A stretch of DNA of 32,000 nucleotides from Promethearchaeota archaeon (GCA_016933055.1 JAFGBS010000027.1:1-32000); one strand, 5' to 3'. Shown: positions 1-8,187, numbered from the stretch's first letter. The notes: generated by a model from the letters alone, not told the origin. Translations and numbers: made by a program.

Positions 1-223
1 TATCTTGTAGAATTATTTCTTCATCGATTAGTCGTTCCATTTCTTTCTTAGCGTTAGCATATACTTCATCTCCCTCACCATCCGGCAAAATCACATGAAT
101 TGCAGATTTTGGGTTTTTTTTTAACTCAAGTTCTTCTTCTTTTTCGATGATATCATATGGTTTGATTGCAAAGGATTCCACATCTTTTGGTCTAAAAGCA
201 CGGATCGGTCTTATTTTTACCAT
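1..223 (-). CDS. DUF1015-family protein, N-terminal part (runs off the left window edge; not in ORF track)
   Basis: Manual translation from ATG at 223: MVKIRPIRAFRPKDVESFAIKPYDIIEKEEELELKKNPKSAIHVILPDGEGDEVYANAKKEMERLIDEEIILQD, open to position 1. The IxPxRAxRP...PYD(V/I)...NPxS..H..LP pattern matches the DUF1015 N-terminus. Confidence 0.75.
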   Translation of the reverse strand, partial: MVKIRPIRAFRPKDVESFAIKPYDIIEKEEELELKKNPKSAIHVILPDGEGDEVYANAKKEMERLIDEEIILQD

Positions 224-328
224 ACTAGTCTTATGGTTATTAAAAAATAAAAGAGTTATTTCTCGATGGACTCTTCATCGTCCAATGGTAAATCAGATAA
301 ACAAATCAATTGTGACTAAAGAATAATA

Positions 329-667
329 TTGAAATGGGAGACTTTCATTGTATTTAAAAGAGGTAAAATGAGATTCTCTATCGATGATTCTTTTTTACGA
401 AAGGATTTTATGAAAGATTTTTTTCTTTTAGTGGTTTTTCTCGTGACCTTTGTTTTAACCTTCTTCGTTACATATGATATTTTCTATGAAAGTTATAATT
501 TCTATTTAGAGGGTTATAACGTGGCACGCTGTGCCGGAATAGCTTTGATAGCATCAGTTTTAATTACAGTACCATTAAATTTAATTGTAAACAAACTCCA
601 AGAACGATGGAAAGAACAAAAAATCCGAAAAATACTAGAAAAGGGCGAAGAAATAGTCGATGAGTAA
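329..667 (+). CDS. Hypothetical small membrane protein (2 predicted TM segments)
   Basis: Two hydrophobic stretches (FFLLVVFLVTFVLTFFVTY; AGIALIASVLITVPLNLIV) and a charged C-tail. The true start may be ATG 368 or 410. Confidence 0.6.
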   Translation: MKWETFIVFKRGKMRFSIDDSFLRKDFMKDFFLLVVFLVTFVLTFFVTYDIFYESYNFYLEGYNVARCAGIALIASVLITVPLNLIVNKLQERWKEQKIRKILEKGEEIVDE

Positions 668-711
668 GAAAAAATTTTTATTATTCGATGTATTTAAATG
701 ATTACTCGAAA

Positions 712-819
712 AGCCCCGTAGTGTAGTGGTCAATGGTGGTTAATAGGGTGTTCTCTACACCGTACCAAGCATTTGGGACTCTGAATCCTGAGACAGCGGT
801 TCGAATCCGCTCGGGGCTA
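712..819 (+). tRNA. tRNA-Gln(CUG) with ~35-nt non-canonical intron in the D-loop; CCA not encoded
   Basis: Acceptor stem AGCCCCG(712-718)/CGGGGCT(812-818), discriminator A819. D-stem GTGT(721-724)/GCAT(769-772). Anticodon arm TGGGA-CT-CTG(781-783)-AA-TCCTG. T-arm AGCGG-TTCGAAT-CCGCT. An extra 35 nt lie between D-loop GGTCAA and GCAT. Confidence 0.92.
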
Positions 820-1009
820 TTTTATTTCTTAAATTCAATCTTTTGGTAGTGTTATCAGTAGGGGCGCAATATTCTAGTTTTAAGATAGAAATCTCAAACT
901 GCCTAAATTTTTCAAAGAGTAGTTTGCTATCGGTAATGGCTACGATTTTCTTAGCAGTACCAGCAATTAATGATGATCTCTTTTTTTTAGTGCTTTTCAT
1001 GTAGAAAAA

Positions 1010-2149
1010 TCATGACTTATTCTCGTTGTTCCAGTCCAGTAACCGTCTTTGTCCTGCAATTTTACGTATGTGCGTTATATCTTGACTCACTTCTAGAGTT
1101 CCTACATACTTTCCCCTCTCATCCCGAATGGCAAAATACCTAATATGGACAAATATTCCATTTATATCCATCCAGAATTCAGCAACCTCTTTCTCTCCAG
1201 ACTTAAATGCTTCTAAGATACGGTTCACAATATGCTGACTTTTCGGTGGGTGGCAATTCTGTACTTTCCTCCCGATTACTGCAGGACTGCGGGGGAAAAT
1301 TCGGTCTTTTATGTCTGAATAATACATAACTTCATCCTTCTCATTTACGAAAGAGATGTCGACAGGTAAATGCATGAAAATACGATTGATTTGATTCACT
1401 GTCAGTTTACCCACATTTAGATTCAGTTTCTCCTTATCCAAATCTGTAGTTCTTATTTCTATGCTATGAATACCTCTAATAGTCATTGGTTTCCACTCAT
1501 TTCCGGGTTTAATACCAAATGCAAATCCAATCTCCTCTTCTCCTTGTTTTACTCTAGCCCAGTCATCATCAGAAAGTTTCTCTAATGCGACGGGAAATAA
1601 TATTTTTTCTTCCTTATCGATCATTTCCTCTATTGCATTCAATAACTCATCCATCATTTTCGTGTCTCTTTCTTTGATCATCTTACGGATATCATCGTGT
1701 TTAGCCCACATTATACTGCATGGTCCTGAAAATCCTTTGGATTCTAAAATTGGGAATAATTGGTTTTCAAGGCGAGTGTAGTGAATCTCTATTTGTGCTA
1801 ATTTCATTAATTTCAGCGGTCTAAATTTTTCCCTTGATTCTTGAATTAATTTTCGCGCTAGTTTGTTCTCTTTCTGGTATGTATAGAACGGATGCCCCGA
1901 AGTTTCTTCAGTACGGTTAGCAGGAAGTGCCTCCTTGAAAACACTAAGATGTACATCGCATAATTTGGTAATCTGTTCTGGGGTAAGATCGCCTTTTTCA
2001 ATGAGCTCTTGCTCTATTTGGGCAATTTGATCCGCGCTGATGTTCTCAAATGATTCTTTAAATTCCCTTTTTACATCCTCTATATCTTTTCCATCATGTA
2101 AATCTATGATAATTTTTTTTAGTTTTTTGATTCGATCTAGTTGGTTCAT
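1010..2149 (-). CDS. DUF438 / hemerythrin-like / PAS_10 domain protein
   Basis: N-terminal 'LKKIIIDLHDGKDIEDVKREF...I.QIEQELI..G..EQI.KLCDVH' (DUF438); HP....EN...HYxRxENxLFP...MW..HDDIR...MIxKEExILFP (hemerythrin-like); C-terminal 'LPVDISFV...V.YYS...RIFPRSPAVIGRKVQNCHPPKS' (PAS_10). Start moved from the ORF-track 2236 to ATG 2149 (MNQLDRIKKL), where the family domain begins. Confidence 0.85.
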   Translation of the reverse strand: MNQLDRIKKLKKIIIDLHDGKDIEDVKREFKESFENISADQIAQIEQELIEKGDLTPEQITKLCDVHLSVFKEALPANRTEETSGHPFYTYQKENKLARKLIQESREKFRPLKLMKLAQIEIHYTRLENQLFPILESKGFSGPCSIMWAKHDDIRKMIKERDTKMMDELLNAIEEMIDKEEKILFPVALEKLSDDDWARVKQGEEEIGFAFGIKPGNEWKPMTIRGIHSIEIRTTDLDKEKLNLNVGKLTVNQINRIFMHLPVDISFVNEKDEVMYYSDIKDRIFPRSPAVIGRKVQNCHPPKSQHIVNRILEAFKSGEKEVAEFWMDINGIFVHIRYFAIRDERGKYVGTLEVSQDITHIRKIAGQRRLLDWNNENKS

Positions 2150-2268
2150 GGTAAGATCTTCAGTAGTGTTACCTTTTTTAAACCATGAGCGAACATATTC
2201 GTCCTTGCTAAACCCCACCAATAATACATGAACCAATAGTTTTTCTATTAAATCCCTAACAAAATAGT

Positions 2269-2784
2269 ATGCGGTTAAAATATCGACCTATGATGGCAGA
2301 AGAATTTACCCTACTCATTGAAAAAAAAGCGTTAGAGGGCTATATCACAGATATCGAAGTATATAAGAATGAATTCATTAAACAATCCCGCGGAAAAACC
2401 CCCCGTGAATTCGCCGAAGAGCAGTTCAAACAAATTTTGCCCTTGGGAGTAAGCACCCCTAATAATTATTTTTGGTTTGCGATAAATGAAAAAACCAACG
2501 AGGAAATTGGTTATATCTGGTTCACAATTATGCCCGAAAAGAAGCTAAGTTTATTATCTTATATTTTAGTTTATAAGCAATTCCAAGGGCAAGGTTTTGG
2601 AACCGAAATGTTGACCTATTGGGAACACTATGTAAAAAGATCTTACCCGGAACTTGATGGGGTCTATCTTCATGTTTTCAAACACAATCCTCGAGCAAAA
2701 CAATTATATGAACGAATTGGTTTTTCACTCCTTCATGAATCATTTGAAGGATGGAATATGATTAAGAAATTTCAAAGGGATTAA
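2269..2784 (+). CDS. GNAT-family N-acetyltransferase
   Basis: Motif A 'ILVYKQFQGQGFGT' (Q/RxxGxG) and motif B 'LHVFKHNPRAKQLYERIGF'. Confidence 0.9.
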   Translation: MRLKYRPMMAEEFTLLIEKKALEGYITDIEVYKNEFIKQSRGKTPREFAEEQFKQILPLGVSTPNNYFWFAINEKTNEEIGYIWFTIMPEKKLSLLSYILVYKQFQGQGFGTEMLTYWEHYVKRSYPELDGVYLHVFKHNPRAKQLYERIGFSLLHESFEGWNMIKKFQRD

Positions 2785-2798
2785 TTTCATCAAAATAC

Positions 2799-3434
2799 TT
2801 AGTAATTTCCCAGCAATTTAGCATAGATGCGCTGCATCATTGAGGATAAAGTAGATTTTGCCATACTAAGAGTTTCAGCAAGAGCAGTCAAGTTAATTTT
2901 CCGGGGGCTGTCAAAATAACCGAATTTTTTTGCTGCATTAAAAATTTCTTGTTGCCGAGGTGTTAAGATAAAGTCTGCATTCTCTGTAAATTCTCCGATC
3001 TCCTTTAAATAAGTTTCAATATTTCGATTTTCTAAAAAAGTAAGGAACGCATTAATATTTTCTCTTGCACCAGTAATTGTGAACTCAGCAATACCATTCT
3101 GTACTTTTACAGGGAGATTCACTAAAATACAACTCTTAACAATAGATTGGAGAAGGTACGGATCTAAAGTCTGGGTTTCTAAATCAATCTCATGTTCGCT
3201 TTCCCTCAGAATATGTAATTCCAATAAGGAATTGTGGGATTTTATAGTATCTAAAACATTACTAGGATTATATCCACTTATAGTAATTAATGAGTTTCCT
3301 ATAAATGAATTTTCATGGAACTGAATGGGTACAAAAGCTCGTATGAAAAACAAATAACTGGGATGATGTCTACTCGTCGACCCCAACCATAACTTATCGG
3401 GCATAGTGATGTGAACAATCGCTTTCGATCCCAT
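2799..3434 (-). CDS. Bat/HTH_10-type (bacterio-opsin activator-like) transcriptional regulator
   Basis: C-terminal 'LTPRQQEIFNAAKKFGYFDSPRKINLTALAETLSMAKSTLSSMMQR' matches the LTxRQ...A...GYFDxPR.....LA..L....ST HTH_10 signature; the N-terminal ~150 aa is a putative sensing domain. Confidence 0.88.
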   Translation of the reverse strand: MGSKAIVHITMPDKLWLGSTSRHHPSYLFFIRAFVPIQFHENSFIGNSLITISGYNPSNVLDTIKSHNSLLELHILRESEHEIDLETQTLDPYLLQSIVKSCILVNLPVKVQNGIAEFTITGARENINAFLTFLENRNIETYLKEIGEFTENADFILTPRQQEIFNAAKKFGYFDSPRKINLTALAETLSMAKSTLSSMMQRIYAKLLGNY

Positions 3435-3444
3435 ACATCTAGAA

Positions 3445-3466
3445 ATATAAACTACCAGATATAAAA
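3445..3466 (+). promoter_or_regulatory. Tandem ATATAAA TATA-like boxes in the 44-bp divergent intergenic region
   Basis: ATATAAA at 3445-3451 (ending 28 nt before ATG 3479, the spacing of a leaderless archaeal promoter) and ATATAAAA at 3459-3466. AT-rich background lowers confidence. Confidence 0.35.
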
Positions 3467-3478
3467 TACTAGATTCTT

Positions 3479-3736
3479 ATGGTTTTTCGAGAGACTATAC
3501 TCAGTGCCGTGCCAGTGGAAAAAATTATCGCATATTTCCAAAAAAATTGCGACTTAATAAGTCCTAATACTAAATTTATATTCAAATCCCAAATAAATAT
3601 AGAGATTCTTGCTTCTCGCTCAAGTGAGCTTGTTCCTAGGATAAAACATACACCTATTGTTTTTTCTGGACCAAAAGAACTGGTAAAGAACTTGATTGCT
3701 GAATTTCGAGCACACTTTTTGACAGTTGGGGGATAG
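3479..3736 (+). CDS. Small protein ending in Gly-Gly; resembles MoaD-related C-terminal domain (DUF1952-like)
   Basis: 85 aa. The C-terminus 'FSGPKELVKNLIAEFRAHFLTVGG*' recalls the 'FxGxxExxxxLxxxFxxKxLRAGG' ending of that family (recalled, not searched). It sits between the regulator and the AKR gene. Confidence 0.6.
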   Translation: MVFRETILSAVPVEKIIAYFQKNCDLISPNTKFIFKSQINIEILASRSSELVPRIKHTPIVFSGPKELVKNLIAEFRAHFLTVGG

Positions 3737-3775
3737 TGGATTACAAAATATTGGAGAAATAGATAAAAAAGATCA

Positions 3776-4597
3776 ATGTACTTACCAAGTATGAAAAGTA
3801 TTGAGTTACCACGAATCGGCATGGGAACATGGCAGCTCAGAGGATCAACTTGTACCAAGATCTTGATAGAAGGATTAAAATTAGGATATAGATTCATAGA
3901 TACTGCGCAAGCGTATCATAATGAACAATATGTGGGAGATGCCATAGAAGCGTCTGAAATCCCAAGAGATGAAATTGTTTTAGCAACAAAATTATGGATT
4001 TCCAAATTATCTCCTAGAAGAGTGCACAGTTCTTTTGAGAAAAGTCTTAAAAAGCTCAAAACCAATTATGTGGATATTTTATATATTCATTGGCCTGCTG
4101 GAAAGTATGATCCCGATAAAACTCTACCCGCAATGAATGAATTAGTAGAAAATGGAAAAGTTAAACATATTGGGGTATCCAACTTCACAATACCATTGTT
4201 GAAAGAAGCAATAGAAAAAAGTGAAAATCCAATATTAGCAAATCAAGTAGAAATGCACCCTGGATTAGGAATACATAAACTTCATCAGTTTAATCAATCT
4301 CAAAATATTTATACAATTGCTTATTCCCCCCTGGGGCGGGGAAACATCTGGAAAAATCCAATACTAAAGGAAATTGCGCAAAACCATGGAATTACCGTCC
4401 CTCAAGTTTGCATTGCATATGTTCTGCATCGTGATGCTATTCCGATCCCAAAAGCTTCAAGTAAACAGCACTTAAAAGAAAATCTCGATGCGTTATCCAT
4501 GACACTAGATGATAATGAAATAAAACACATTGACACTCTCCCAAAAAGACGATTCTTATCTCCTCCGTTCGCTCCTCATTGGGATAAAAATGATTAA
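3776..4597 (+). CDS. Aldo/keto reductase (2,5-diketo-D-gluconate reductase B-like)
   Basis: GMGTWQL, GYRFIDTAQAYHNE (catalytic D, Y), ATK (K), LYIHWP (H), HIGVSNF, NQVEMHP, AYSPLG, IPKASS. The start may be ATG 3776 or 3791. Confidence 0.95.
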   Translation: MYLPSMKSIELPRIGMGTWQLRGSTCTKILIEGLKLGYRFIDTAQAYHNEQYVGDAIEASEIPRDEIVLATKLWISKLSPRRVHSSFEKSLKKLKTNYVDILYIHWPAGKYDPDKTLPAMNELVENGKVKHIGVSNFTIPLLKEAIEKSENPILANQVEMHPGLGIHKLHQFNQSQNIYTIAYSPLGRGNIWKNPILKEIAQNHGITVPQVCIAYVLHRDAIPIPKASSKQHLKENLDALSMTLDDNEIKHIDTLPKRRFLSPPFAPHWDKND

Positions 4598-4936
4598 CAG
4601 AGAAGTAAAACTACATGGTTTCAGTTAAGATTATATATTCAACCAAGGATGTAAAGGAATTACCAGCTAAATCTATATATTTCTGCAGAATCCATAATTC
4701 TTCTATTTTACAATGCAAAAGGCAAATACAGAGAAATTAACAAAATCCCCCCAAACTACCTATGTATTTTCCAGTACCTGGATTGAGTCAATTAGTATGG
4801 GCACCACCTATTAGTTTTCGTCTACATAAAAACCATTTGGTTCAAACCTTCACATCGAATGGTTTTAAAGGTAAGTTATTCTTTCCACTTATTAATTGAA
4901 AGATTAACAAACTGTCTATACAAAAGTGCATATAAT

Positions 4937-5716
4937 ATGAATCAAGAAATAGATTTAAGATTTGAACCAATTGATCTCTTTTATTCGAAACTAGAGCACG
5001 CTAAAGACCTCATCCGTGATTCTATTAAGCAATTCCCAAAGATTGCCGTTGCATGTAGTTTTGGCAAGGATTCAATGGTCGTCGTTGATATAGCACGAAA
5101 AGTAGATTTCCATATTCCAATTTTTGCTATTATGACTATTCACAAACCCAAGGAAACATTTGAGTATCTCATAAAAATGAATGAACTTATGCATCTTAAT
5201 GTGAAAGTATATATTGTTGCGGATCAGATTCCCAGAATTCTCAAGGATGCTAATATTGAAACTGTGCTTTTGCCTGCTGATGAATATAATAGGGAATCTG
5301 CTATATGTCGTAAGGAGATCTATGTTGAAAAACCTGATTTATGTTGCGATCTTCTTAAGGTCCACCCTACCCGTGTAGCAGTTAAGGATTTGGATGCATG
5401 GTGTTGTGGGTTAAGAAACACTGAAGGAAGAACAAGATTGGATTACGAAGAGATTGAAAATAAGGGTGGTTTATATAAAATCAACCCGATTTTAACCTTC
5501 ACAGAGGAAGAAGTATTTCAGTACCTTCATAATAATGGTATTCCCCTACATCCTTGGTATGAATTTGAATTTGAAGATGGACGACGTTATAGGAGTCTCG
5601 GTTGTGCTACTTGCACTAAACCGATATACCCAGAACAGCTGGAACGTGAAGGACGCTGGATAAATACCTCTAAATGTGGAGGAGAGTGCGGAATTCATAC
5701 AAAATACTTGAAATAA
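4937..5716 (+). CDS. cysH: Thioredoxin-dependent APS/PAPS reductase (CysH family, [4Fe-4S] CC...CxxC type)
   Basis: PP-loop SFGKDS, CCDLLKVHP, GLRNTEGRTR, YRSLGCATCT, REGRW, C-terminal ECGIH. Start moved from 4859 to ATG 4937 (MNQEIDL). Confidence 0.88.
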   Translation: MNQEIDLRFEPIDLFYSKLEHAKDLIRDSIKQFPKIAVACSFGKDSMVVVDIARKVDFHIPIFAIMTIHKPKETFEYLIKMNELMHLNVKVYIVADQIPRILKDANIETVLLPADEYNRESAICRKEIYVEKPDLCCDLLKVHPTRVAVKDLDAWCCGLRNTEGRTRLDYEEIENKGGLYKINPILTFTEEEVFQYLHNNGIPLHPWYEFEFEDGRRYRSLGCATCTKPIYPEQLEREGRWINTSKCGGECGIHTKYLK

Positions 5717-5765
5717 GGCACCTAAAAGCAAGATATTAATTTTAAATTCTCTTTTTCTTGTTCAT

Positions 5766-6725
5766 ATGTCAAATCTATATTTTACCGAAGCTTTAGTTTC
5801 CCAAATCCAAAATAAGAAATCCTATGTCTGTATTGGATTGGATCCCACCTTTGAAGGAGAAAAATGCATTCCTTCTTTTCTCCTCGAAGAAAACAAACAA
5901 GATTTTACAAAAACAATTATAGAGTTTAACAAAACCATAATCGATGCGACTCATCATATAACACCGATATATAAACTCCAAAGTGCTTTTTACGAGAAAT
6001 ATTTCGCATTTGATGCTATCAAACTTACTATAAATCATATACATGCCCAGGGATGTTTGGCGATTTTAGATGCGAAACGAAATGATATAGGGAATACGGC
6101 ACAAGCTTACGCGTATTCAGTATTTGAAAATTACAAGGCAGATGCTACAACGGTAAATGCATATTTTGGTATCGATGGAGTTAAACCTTTCATGGATTAC
6201 GAGGATAAAGGCATATTTATTCTAGTAAAAACATCTAATCCAAGTTCTGAACAATTTCAAGATTTGTTTGCAACCAAAATCGAGGGGTATTCTGAACAAA
6301 TTATGTATACAGTCGAAAAGGAAACGATCTTAAAGAGGAATTACGTTCACATGGCAGACTTAGTTAATGATTGGGCATTAAACGGTTGTATGTACAAGGG
6401 ATATTCGAGAATTGGAGCTGTTGTAGGCGCAACTTACCCCTTTGAGTTACACTTACTTCGAAGGGTGTTACCAAAATCTTTCATCTTAATCCCTGGATAT
6501 GGTACTCAAGGCGGAACAGCAGAAGCAGTAGTTAAGGGTATTAATCCCGATGGATATGGAGCTATCATAAACTCCTCTCGAAGTATTGACTATGCTTACT
6601 CTGGTGAAATTGGAGGAAAATTCTTTACACCCGAAGAATTTGCGGAGGCTGCGTTAGAATCTGCAGAATTAATGAGGATGGAAATTAATACTGCCATAGA
6701 AAAAGAAAATTTACTTCCCTGGTAA
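5766..6725 (+). CDS. pyrF: Orotidine-5'-phosphate decarboxylase (long subfamily-2 type)
   Basis: CIGLDP, catalytic DAKRNDIGNT (DxKxxDIxxT), LVKTSNP, GAVVGAT, LIPGYGTQGG, NSSRSI. Confidence 0.95.
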   Translation: MSNLYFTEALVSQIQNKKSYVCIGLDPTFEGEKCIPSFLLEENKQDFTKTIIEFNKTIIDATHHITPIYKLQSAFYEKYFAFDAIKLTINHIHAQGCLAILDAKRNDIGNTAQAYAYSVFENYKADATTVNAYFGIDGVKPFMDYEDKGIFILVKTSNPSSEQFQDLFATKIEGYSEQIMYTVEKETILKRNYVHMADLVNDWALNGCMYKGYSRIGAVVGATYPFELHLLRRVLPKSFILIPGYGTQGGTAEAVVKGINPDGYGAIINSSRSIDYAYSGEIGGKFFTPEEFAEAALESAELMRMEINTAIEKENLLPW

Positions 6726-7904
6726 ATTAGTACTAAGGAAATCATCATAAGAGATGAATTCCACTGATTTTCCGTTTTTTTCCTTGGTATATTCAACATC
6801 TAGATGCAAACTGTCTACTATAATTTTGAATCTCTTTATTTGGTGCCAATTTTTATCTCCTGAAAAATAATTAACAACATTATTTTCTTGCAGCTTGGTA
6901 TGATATATTGCTTCCAGATCCAATTGGGAACAACTATCAGGGATTTTTATAAAATCTATAACGGTTTTAGTTTCAAGTTGTTGTTCTTCTTCCTTTTGAA
7001 TGCATATAATCGATTTTTGAGTAGAAAATCCAAAATCAAAGGTAGTATGATTAGAATATAAGTTCTGTATAATGGAATGATAATCTCTCCGTCTATAGTA
7101 TTCAGTTATTTTGTTTTTGAGAATTGGCAAAAACTCCGCATTAATTTCATATCCTATACTTCTTCTGCTATAATTTCGTGCTACTTTTAGAGTCGTTCCC
7201 GATCCAGCAAATGGATCCAAAATAGTTTCATTTAGATAAGAAAACATACGGATCAGTCGATAGGGAAGTTCTTCTGGAAACATGGCAATATGTTCCTTTT
7301 GTTGAACACCCGGGAAGATCCAATGACCTACATACCACCTTTTCCATTCATCCATGCAAATTTTTGACAGTTCTTTTGTTTGTCGATTTATTTTTTTCAG
7401 TTTTCCCTCGATCTTCTTGAATATCAAAATATGTTCATAATCATAAGTAACCATTCCGTTTCCGGGATAAAATAACGAACCCATTAATGAGCATCCCCCT
7501 GTGGTATTTGTCGTACTTACTTTTTTCCAAATAATATCTCCCATAAAATCGAATCCTATTTCAGAACAATCTTGTATTATCTTACTGGTTATTGGGAGAA
7601 CTCGGTAGCGTTTATAATCACGTGCACGCAGATATTGATCTCCAATATTAATGCAACAACGTCGATGAGGGCATAATACTCGATAGCATTCCTTCCAAAC
7701 TTGCTTTAAGCGAGAGAAATACTTCGCAAAACCCTCTCCAAATCCAATTTGGCTATCTGAATTGTAATCCTTTATTTGTCCGTACGGGGGGGAAGTGATA
7801 ATGAGATCGACAGATTGATCCTCTAACTCTTCCATATATTCAGAACTAGAGTTAAATATAACTGGTTCATGACTTAGAAAGAATTTTGAGGATGAAGCTT
7901 TCAA
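6711..7904 (-). CDS. Beta-class N4-cytosine/N6-adenine DNA methyltransferase with ~128-aa C-terminal extension; no adjacent endonuclease gene
   Basis: Catalytic motif IV 'ITSPPY' precedes 'HIAMFPEELPYRLI' and SAM-binding motif I 'LDPFAGSGTT...GYEIN' (beta order). TTG start. The 3' end overlaps the convergent pyrF by 15 bp. Confidence 0.9.
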   Translation of the reverse strand: MKASSSKFFLSHEPVIFNSSSEYMEELEDQSVDLIITSPPYGQIKDYNSDSQIGFGEGFAKYFSRLKQVWKECYRVLCPHRRCCINIGDQYLRARDYKRYRVLPITSKIIQDCSEIGFDFMGDIIWKKVSTTNTTGGCSLMGSLFYPGNGMVTYDYEHILIFKKIEGKLKKINRQTKELSKICMDEWKRWYVGHWIFPGVQQKEHIAMFPEELPYRLIRMFSYLNETILDPFAGSGTTLKVARNYSRRSIGYEINAEFLPILKNKITEYYRRRDYHSIIQNLYSNHTTFDFGFSTQKSIICIQKEEEQQLETKTVIDFIKIPDSCSQLDLEAIYHTKLQENNVVNYFSGDKNWHQIKRFKIIVDSLHLDVEYTKEKNGKSVEFISYDDFLSTNLPGK

Positions 7905-7923
7905 AAAAGTTCACAATTTACGT

Positions 7924-8187
7924 TTATTTGTATTCATGGATGATGATTGTAATCCGTCCACCACCATGTTCGATTATTTTATATTGATCCTCTTCGATAT
8001 CGAATTTTACAAAGCGGATCCGATCCTCATCGTAATCTTGAGTAACTTTGTAATTTCCAATTAATTCGAATCGATTTTCATCAAATTCAGTTCCGCATAT
8101 ATGACACCTATATTTCTGAAGATGTGGTTCATAGATTGCACTCTTAGTACCACATTTATGACAGAGACCTTTTTTTACATGATCCAA
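7924..8187 (-). CDS. Small zinc-ribbon protein, function unknown
   Basis: CHKCG...CHICG (two CxxC knuckles) with an acidic C-terminal half; 19 bp upstream of the methyltransferase on the same strand. Confidence 0.65.
   Translation of the reverse strand: MDHVKKGLCHKCGTKSAIYEPHLQKYRCHICGTEFDENRFELIGNYKVTQDYDEDRIRFVKFDIEEDQYKIIEHGGGRITIIIHEYK

Noticed and set aside
790-819. tRNA 3' end as an integration (att) site for a mobile element
   Set aside because: I saw no second copy of the tRNA 3' end and no integrase or transposase in the window.
755-1000. 81-aa minus-strand ORF starting 9 bp after the DUF438 gene
   Set aside because: Its last ~20 codons are the antisense of the tRNA-Gln gene and it has no recognisable motif; most likely spurious.
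3469-3897. 142-aa minus-strand ORF
   Set aside because: Antisense to both the GG-terminal ORF and the well-supported AKR gene; no motifs.
4636-4665. ~30-nt imperfect inverted match to cysH 5535-5564 (shared core TACATCCTTGGT)
   Set aside because: A 12-nt exact core is expected by chance in 32 kb of AT-rich DNA and the flanks do not extend.
4859-4936. N-terminal extension of cysH given by the ORF track
   Set aside because: No family similarity before MNQEIDL; ATG 4937 is more plausible.
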